From Amoeboaphelidium protococcarum X5 (taxonomy: Eukaryota; Fungi; Aphelidiomycota), in the NCBI GenBank assembly GCA_023515725.1, contig JALDTO010000215.1:397053-461052 (forward strand): 64,000 nucleotides of DNA. The letters are read 5' to 3'. Below, in pieces: positions 56,125 through 64,000 of this stretch; the stretch's first letter is position 1; every line of letters starts with the position of its first letter. Below the pieces are notes generated by a model, which had not been told where the DNA came from, searched no databases, and worked only from the letters and a program-made list of their open reading frames with translations. The position numbers were made by a program, and so were the translations under genes.

Positions 56125-59100
56125 ATGCCTTCATAGACAGCTGTGGAAAACAAGTCAACCCACTCCAACCTGTCCATGGCCTAGGCTGGCCGTGTGATAT
56201 TCACCGGAGCTCTGAACAGAGACTATTCCTTTGCGTATGATCCCAAGATCACAACTTCCCTGATTGAGCGTCTGGTTTCAAAGATTTTCAAAATTGGTGC
56301 AGCTGCAGAGTCGAGACAGCAGTTGAAACACCGAGGAGGCGGCAACAAGTACAAGTATCAGGCGTATGAGCAGTTCAAAGACAATCGTGTGACTTCTGCT
56401 CTATATACATGGTACAATTTCATCCCCCTACAGGCGGTGTATCAGTTCAGCAAGGTGGCCAACATTTACTTTCTGCTCATCTCGATTCTGTAACAGATTC
56501 CCGGCTTGAGTCCTACTGGCAAGTATACTACTGTAGCTCCACTGATCCTCTTTGTTTCGTTGTCAATGCTGAGAGAGGCGTACGATGACTTTAAGAGGCA
56601 TCTGCAGGACTCAGCCGAGAATCAGGCTCAAGTCGAGGTGGCCCGTTCAAAGTTTGCCATTGATCCAGACATTTCCTCGTACAGTGAGCTGATGAAACAC
56701 GTGGACGCGGTCGAGAAAGATTTCGATATCCTGATGAAGAATGTCTTCCACTCTGGTGTGTCTGCAGATGGAGATGGTCTGCAGACGAAGAAGGTTGCAA
56801 GATAAGATATTCAAGTTGGAGATATTGTTGTGGTGAAGAGAGGAGATTAGGTACCTTGTGATATGGTTCTGTTGGCACTGTCGCCAGGTGATGATTGTTG
56901 TTATGTTGAGACAAAGTCGCTTGATGGAGAGAGCACTTTAAAGTAGAGATTTGCCGTGAAAGATTTCACTCATCTAACTCTAGCCCAGCTAAGTCAGTTC
57001 AAGATCTGTATCAAGGTTCAGGCGCAGAGTAGTGATCTTATCCAGTTCGAAGGTTCTATTGAGTATTCCCTTGGTGGTTCTAAGGAGCTGGAAAAGATCC
57101 CTTTAACTATTAATGAAGTGCTTCTCCGTGGTTGCAGCCTGAGACGCGCTGACTACATTTATGGTGTGGCTATCTATACAGGAGAAGATTCAAAGGTGAG
57201 AATCAATGCAAAATCTGTGCATAAAGCCAAAATGCCTGTTATGGCCAGACGCACAGATCTGTTGGTCATTGGTGTCTTTGCATTGATTATCGTTCTGTCT
57301 GTGCTGTGCACTGTGTCTGCCAACATTTGGATTGAAAGATGGTAGAGTACAATGCCGTACCTTCAGTTATAATCCTTGACCGGTGGCTCTGGAATACAGC
57401 TATTCTTCACATTTCTGATTCTGTTCAATACTATGATTCCAATTTCCCTGTACGTCACGATGGAGATTATAAAGTTGTTCTAGGCGTACTTGATGCAGAG
57501 TGATTAGCTGATGACTGATGATTATGGACAGGCAGCTGTGGCCAATACCAGCTCTTTGAATGAAGATCTGGGTCGTGTTAGTTATATTTTCTCCGATAAA
57601 ACTGGTACTCTGACTGAGAATGTGATGAGATTCCGAAAATTTACCACTGGACAGTAGAATTATGAGCTGACTTTGAATGCTGGGCCTGGCGGAACTCCCA
57701 GATCATAGAGATTGTCAACATTTGGTAGAAATAAAGTGTCGTCAGTTGTTGTGTCCAATACTGGACCGACTGTCACCGGCACTCAGGTATTTGATGATGT
57801 TCATAATTTTGTGCAAGATAGCCCTGCTAGCAAATTGGCACTGGCTATGTCTCTGTGTCACACTGTGTAGCTTGCTAATGTCACAGCCACCACTAAGAGG
57901 GGTACTTTGAGTAGAAATAAAGAGAAGACCAATACTGAGAGCATTTATGAAGCTGCATCTGCTGATGAGTTGGCCATTGTGAACGCTACTCGAGATCTTG
58001 GTGTCACGTTCGTGGACAGAGACAATGATACTGTTAAAGTCAGAATTGCTAATCCATTTTCCACTGGATTGCGAGATCAAGGGGGTGAAAAGTAATTTAA
58101 AGTCTTGAAAGTGTTAGAGTTCACTAGTGAGAGAAAGAGAATGAGTGTAATTTACAAATTTCCTGATGGTTCCATTAGACTTGTGTGTAAAGGTGCAGAT
58201 ACTGAGATGTGGGGAAGAATGAAGGTTGACTAGATGTCTTTGGTGTCTCCTCACACCGATGGTGCATTCACTCTGGACAGAGCTACTAATGAAGTAAAAG
58301 GTCATGTTAAGTAGTTTGCCATGGAAGGCTTGCGTACTTTGGTGTACGCACAGAAAGTTATCCCTCAGGCTGATTATGATGATTGGGTCAGGAAGTACAA
58401 TGAGGTACAGCTGCAATCCAACGATCGTTAGTATGCTTTGAAATTGCTGGCTGATGCTATGGAGAAGGATCTGGAGGTTTTGGGTGCCACAGGTATTGAG
58501 GATCAGTTGTAAGATGGTGTTCAGGAGACTTTAGATGTCCTCAGAAAGGCCAATATCAAGATTTGGATGCTGACTGGTGATATGCGTGAAACTGCCATTA
58601 ACATTGGATACTCGTGTCATTTGATCAAACCAAACAGTACAGTTCATGTACTGGATTACAAGAAGATTGGTGGTACAGACTTGACGTATACATCCTTCAT
58701 CAATCAGATCTTAACTGAAATTGAGGGCGGTGATAACAGGACTGTATCGACAATTCCTCGCAGCGCTGGTACTACCTCTTAGATCAGACGTCATGTTGTC
58801 GCTGTGTTAGACGGTACCACTTTTGACAGATGTTTGGTCTAGCATGAAATGTTGCGTCGTGAAAACGGCAACATTGCAAGAAATTATAATGATTTCTCAT
58901 CACTGGCACATTTGACAGTGAAATTACTCAGTGTAAGTGATGGAGTTATCTGCTGTAGATTCAGTCCAATTCAGAAGGCGTTGATGGTCAGTATGATGAA
59001 GGCGCGTCTGGGTAAAGAAATCGTGACTTTAGCTATCGGTGATGGTGCTAACGATATTGCGATGCTGAAGGAGGCGCATCTGGGTATTGGTATCGCAGGT

Positions 59101-59979
59101 AGAGAGGGTCTGCAGGCTGCCAAGAGTAGTGACTATTACATTTACCGCTTTAGATTTCTGAGTCGTCTACTGTTGATCCATGGTCGTTGGTCCTACTATA
59201 GAGTGTCGAAATTCATCATGGGCAGTTTTTACAAGTGCATCACTTTCTATGCAACGCAATTGATCTTTTAGTTGTACACTGTGTCGAGTGGTACATCATT
59301 ATATGAGTCATGGACGCTGGCTCTGTACAACTTGCTCTTCACCTCTCTGCCTGTTATTTTAATTGGTATTTTCGAGAAGGATCTGAACGAAGATGTGCTC
59401 CTCAAAGTTCCAACTATATACCGTCTTGGATAGTAGAATGACTCTTTCAATCTGGTTACAATTGCGAAATGGTTCATGTCCTGTACTATTCATGCTGTGT
59501 GCTTGTTCTGGATTCCAATGTCCTTCTTTGGATTGGTTTAGAATGATATTTCTAGTGGTGAATAAGACACTTCAATGTATTTGCTAGGAACCATTGTATA
59601 CACGGTAGTTGTTTTTGTAATCAACTTCAAAATCACAATGGTGGAATCTAAAACTTGGACTATGCCTACAATGTTCGTGACCATCTTGTCTATTGTGCTC
59701 TGGTTTATCTTTTAAGCCATCTACTAGCAGATGTGGCCCAAAATAGGACTCGGATATGAAGCTTTTGGTCTTTTTGACGCTTTGAAGTCCCAAGGCAACT
59801 ACATGATTATAGTCTTACTCACTATTGTTGTGTGCTTGTTGCCTGATGTGCTGATGCAAACGTTGGAGAACGTGATCAAGCCTGGTAAGCTGACTCTGCT
59901 TCGTGAAAAGGAGAAGGAGGATCCAGGTTTCTTTAGCCGTGAAGAAGAAGTTGTGCCGCAATAAGAAGCACAACCATGA
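56125..59979 (+). CDS. P4-type ATPase phospholipid flippase (Dnf3/Drs2-like)
   Basis: [51 protein letters not shown]. Confidence 0.95.
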
Positions 59980-60150
59980 ATTGACTTACAATGTTGTTGT
60001 TTGGTGACGTAGATGGTGATGGTGGGGAGGATGATAGTGATGATGAAATGAATATACAGTAGACAAAAGTTGAACTGCTTAAATTTTCTTTTCATATCAA
60101 CGCGACTTTACTCTACTGTACATATCGATTATTGAAACAAGACTATCACT

Positions 60151-61313
60151 ATGGTCATTGATAAAAGAGTTGCATACATCTACTCACAGCGATACAATTT
60201 CCTGGTTGATCAGCTCCCACAAAATATCAATAGAGTAATTCTAAAACTTTAATCAATCTATAATGAAACAGTTCCAAATAGTAAATGTAGGCTTCAATAG
60301 TTCATGGATTGATTCAAGTTTACGGTCTGGACTAAAAGATGGAAATTATAGAGCCTTACCCTGGGTCTATGGAAGATCTATGCACATTTCATGACCCTGA
60401 CTATGTGGAATATTTATTAAAGTGCGAATAGGAAGATGACTTCAATGAAGAGTATGGATTACAGGATGACTGTCCTCCTGTGAAAGACATGGGCGAGTAC
60501 ATCCAACTTCTAGGTGGCGCTTCAATTCAGGCAGCAGATCGTATCATTGAGAATAAATGCGATATAGCCATCCATTGGAACGGTGGAAGACATCATGCTC
60601 AAATGGCTGAAGCATCTGGATTTTGCTACTTTAATGATGTTGTTACGAGTGCATTGAGACTGCGTAGTCACTTCAAACGCGTCCTCATTATCGACATTGA
60701 CGCGCATCACGGCGACGGTACTCAGGACGCGTTTTACTACAGTGACAGCGTTTTCTGCGTGTCGTTTCACAGATTTGAAACTGGATTCTTTCCAGGCACC
60801 GGTTCTATGCAGGAAGTTGGAGCTGGCAAAGGAAAGTTTTGTAATCTCAATATTCCATTTAAAGAAGGACTGAACCAGGAGTAGTTCCAGAGCATCTACA
60901 ACCATGTAATAGGTAAATGTTTAAATTAATTCTCTCCTGAATGTGTGATTCTCGTAGCCGGTGCCGATGGTCTCGCGAATGATCCAACGCGCTCTCTAAA
61001 CTTGACTGATTTGAGATTCGCGCTTGATCTGCTGTAGTAACAGAACGTACCTCTGCTCTTACTCGGTGCTGGTGGTTACAACAATGCTAATTCTGCCAGA
61101 TGTTGGACTTTAATGACCGCTAGATGTTTAAAAGAGACATTGTGTGAGTAGATCCCATACCACGAGTATTATACACTCTATCAACCATCTTACGAGCTGG
61201 CAATCCACGCAAATCATATGAAGAACTTTAACACGGATGAAGATATCTAATGCATGAGAAATCACATTGAGTAGTTCTTCTGCGGATACAAAGAGCTTCA
61301 TGTGCATAAATGA
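60151..61313 (+). CDS. Class I histone deacetylase (HDAC8/Hos1-like)
   Basis: Intron 60235-60290; YGLQDDCP, WNGGRHHA...ASGFCYFND, IDIDAHHGDG, GFFPGTG, GADGLANDP, GAGGY. Confidence 0.93.
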
Positions 61314-61587
61314 AATGCTCGCAGAATAACTCGTAAAGATGTGTATAGACATAAATTGATTGATACAGTTACTCACGTAAATTCAGGCGCATCTTATTAC
61401 CTTTGGTCATACCATCGTCAATGAATCTTTAAACCTCGCCTTTAAAAGGGTCAAGACGACGACGAGCAACAAAATTTCGGTTAAAGATCAGAACGCGATC
61501 TCTTTTTTGCTCGTTCTCTCTCTCTCAATTGCCCTTTGGACGATAAGTGGTATAATTTCTGGTGATGTCACAGAGAATTACAACAAA

Positions 61588-63678
61588 ATGACCGTGGAGT
61601 AGTAGGAAGAAATTAGATTGGAAGATATTGTTTTGGAAGAGGATGAGATTGATCTGTCCCAGTTGGATAAAAAGTATGAAAGTTTGCTGAATGGTGGTGA
61701 CGCTGAGGAAGCCCAGATTCTGGATAGTATTCTCGTGGTGGATAATCTGCCTGTTGTTGATGAGGCCCGTGAGAGTAAGCTTTTGGCAGTGTTGGCCAAG
61801 CAGTTTTCGAAATTTGGTAAGCTAGGTGCAGGTGGAATCACAATGCCTATGGCTGAGGATGAGGCAAAGGGTGGTAAGAAAATGTCAAAGGGATTCGCGT
61901 TCGTTGAATTCGCCTCTGGAGATGTTGCCTCCCAGGCTGTTAAATCTATTGATGGATTGAGACTTGATGCCAAGCACACGTTTACCGCCGCTAGACTGAC
62001 TGATTTTGACAAGATCATGGATACGCCTGATGTTTACACTGCACCTGTAGAGGAACCATACAAAGAGAAGGAGCAGTTGAACAGTTGGCTGATGGACGCT
62101 CAAGCTCGTGACCAATTGGCAACTCTGGTTGGTGAGGAGACTTGCATCTATTGGAATAGTGCTCACATCAGTGCCATTGATCCTATCCACGCGCGTAATA
62201 ACTGGACTGAGAATATCTTCAAGTGGTCGCCTCAGGGCACTTATCTCGCCACTATGCACAAGCAAGGTATTGCTCTGTGGGGTGGCAAGTCCTGGGAGAG
62301 AATGGCCAGATTTGTTCATCCTAACGTGAGATTATTGGATTTTAGTGCCAAAGAGTCCTATTTGACCACTTGGAGTCCAGAGTCATCCACCTAGAAGGAT
62401 GATAATCTTCGTATCTGGGACATCAAGACTGGAAAGTTGCTGCGTGCTTTCAAAGTGGAAGATTCTGCTCTAAAGTATGATGGAGCTAATTTCAAGAACT
62501 GGCCTCTGTTCAAATATTCCACTTCCACGGAGAACTATGTCGCCAAGCTGAATGACAAGAGCGATTTGGAGGTGTTCGAGCTTCCTAGAATGACTTCAGA
62601 TACGCTCAAGTTGGGCAAAGTACATGACTTTGCATGGCGACCAGGTCACGATGAGTTGGCCTACTGGGTGCCTGAAGACAAGAATATCCCTGCCAAGATT
62701 GCCGTCGTTGATGTCCGCAGCAAGAGTGTGATCCGTACCAAGAACTTGTTCTTAGTTGCCGACCTGCAAATGCATTGGCAGTCTGAAGGCAAGTTTATGG
62801 CTGCGTAGGTTGAGAGATATACAAAGACCAAGAAGAGCACGTTCACGAACATTGAACTGTTTGACATGACTGAGAAGGGAGTGCCAGTACTGGTGTATGA
62901 GGGCCTAAAAGATAAGTCTATCATTTCGCTGGCGTTTGAACCCACTGGTAATCACCTTGTAATGTTGAGCACTGATGATAGTAGAACCTTTTACACTGTG
63001 GCCAAGGTTCAATAGGATATTAAAGAGGTGCACACTGAGGAGCGTAAGAATGCCAGTATGGTGAAGTGGTCTCCGAATGGAAGATTCTTTGTGGTTGGCG
63101 CTCTGAAGTCGGCGGGTGAATTTGACATTTACGATGTTGAAGGTGGTGATTTATCTATGCCTCTGTGTACATGTTCCCACTTTAATGCCTCAAGCGTTGA
63201 ATTTGATCCAAGCGGTAGGTATCTGTTGTCGCTGGTTAGCTATTTCAACATTGTATCTGAGAATGGGTTCATCATTTGGAATATGAAGGGTGAGATTGTG
63301 AGTAAGAATGTCTTACCTAAATGCAAGATGGCCGAGTGGAGACCGCGACCACCTTCTATGTTGAGTGCAGAGCAGATTAAGGATATCAAGAAGAATCTGA
63401 GCAAGTACAGCCAGAAGTACGATGAGTAGGATAAGAAGTTCTAGAGTGGTATGGATCTGCGTGCTCGCCAACACAGAGCAACGCTGAGGAGCGAGTGGCT
63501 GGCATGGCGTGCAGAGTGTGCCAAGTGGGCTTTATAGACAAAGGATGAGCATGTTAAATTGTTGGGTGATAATGCAAAATCTGATCAAGACTCTGGCGCT
63601 GAATAATTGGAGCAGTACGAAGAAGAAGTGGAGGAAATTGTCGAGGAGACTGTCGAAGTTGTTAAAGATTCAGAGTGA
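61588..63678 (+). CDS. PRT1: Translation initiation factor 3 subunit B
   Basis: LVVDNLPVV RRM, SKGFAFVEF, LDAKHTF, WSPQGTYLAT.HKQGIALWGG, WRPRPPSML. Confidence 0.95.
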
Positions 63679-64000
63679 TTCTATTAATTAATTCAGGATT
63701 AGAATTTATTACTTTGATCTATATTAGAAGCTTCATCTCATTTCAATAGTGTTTTGTCTTGAGCGGTCCAATCTTGAGAGAACTTCGGTTATTGCTGCAT
63801 TTAATATTACAATAGCTTCCACTGAGATAGTTGATGGTACAAGTAGATTCCATTTGATGTTGTAACTTTTATCATAGCACTCAGAACTAAAAACGGAACT
63901 AAATCGCGTCAATCTCTCACTCAGTCCTCACTACAAACTGATTACAGTATAGCTTATCTATAAGATAAAATCTATTTACTGTAGTCGTTGCAAAGATCAA

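Noticed and set aside
63720-64000. 3' end of a minus-strand gene at the window edge
   Set aside because: All three minus frames contain TGA within the fragment and no motif is recognisable, so it cannot be supported.

Overview
This is a gene-dense eukaryotic (opisthokont, fungus-related) nuclear window in which TAA and TAG encode Gln and TGA is the only stop (ciliate-type code, table 6). The supplied standard-code ORF track therefore fragments almost every gene. The code, the fungal-like proteins and the short GT-AG introns fit the aphelid algal parasite Amoeboaphelidium protococcarum; this assignment is an inference. Re-read with TAR=Gln, the window holds about 28 intact genes. Most are housekeeping: an acyl-CoA carboxylase beta subunit, Kish, a Rad5/HLTF-like helicase, an AVT transporter, Irc6, Tvp15, HIBADH, F-box/LRR, a phosphate carrier, WDR44, Snf2/BRG1, CK1, Argonaute, UGGT, BolA, RPA1, DXO, an acyl-CoA thioesterase, DLST, a P4-ATPase, an HDAC and eIF3b. 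The most interesting features are: (1) two paralogous small secreted proteins sharing an unnamed Cys-bracketed 'C-x-RWE...GYEP...RKC' module, flanking a divergent DXO/Rai1 nuclease; (2) a 304-nt structured intron with C/D boxes inside the RNA polymerase I largest-subunit gene (candidate snoRNA); (3) a 163-bp hAT-type MITE with an 8-bp target-site duplication; (4) a secreted protease resembling bacterial lysyl endopeptidase; (5) a frameshifted Crinkler-type restriction-endonuclease-fold gene; (6) a Snf2/BRG1 orthologue without a bromodomain. All calls come from manual reading, and no database searches were run.
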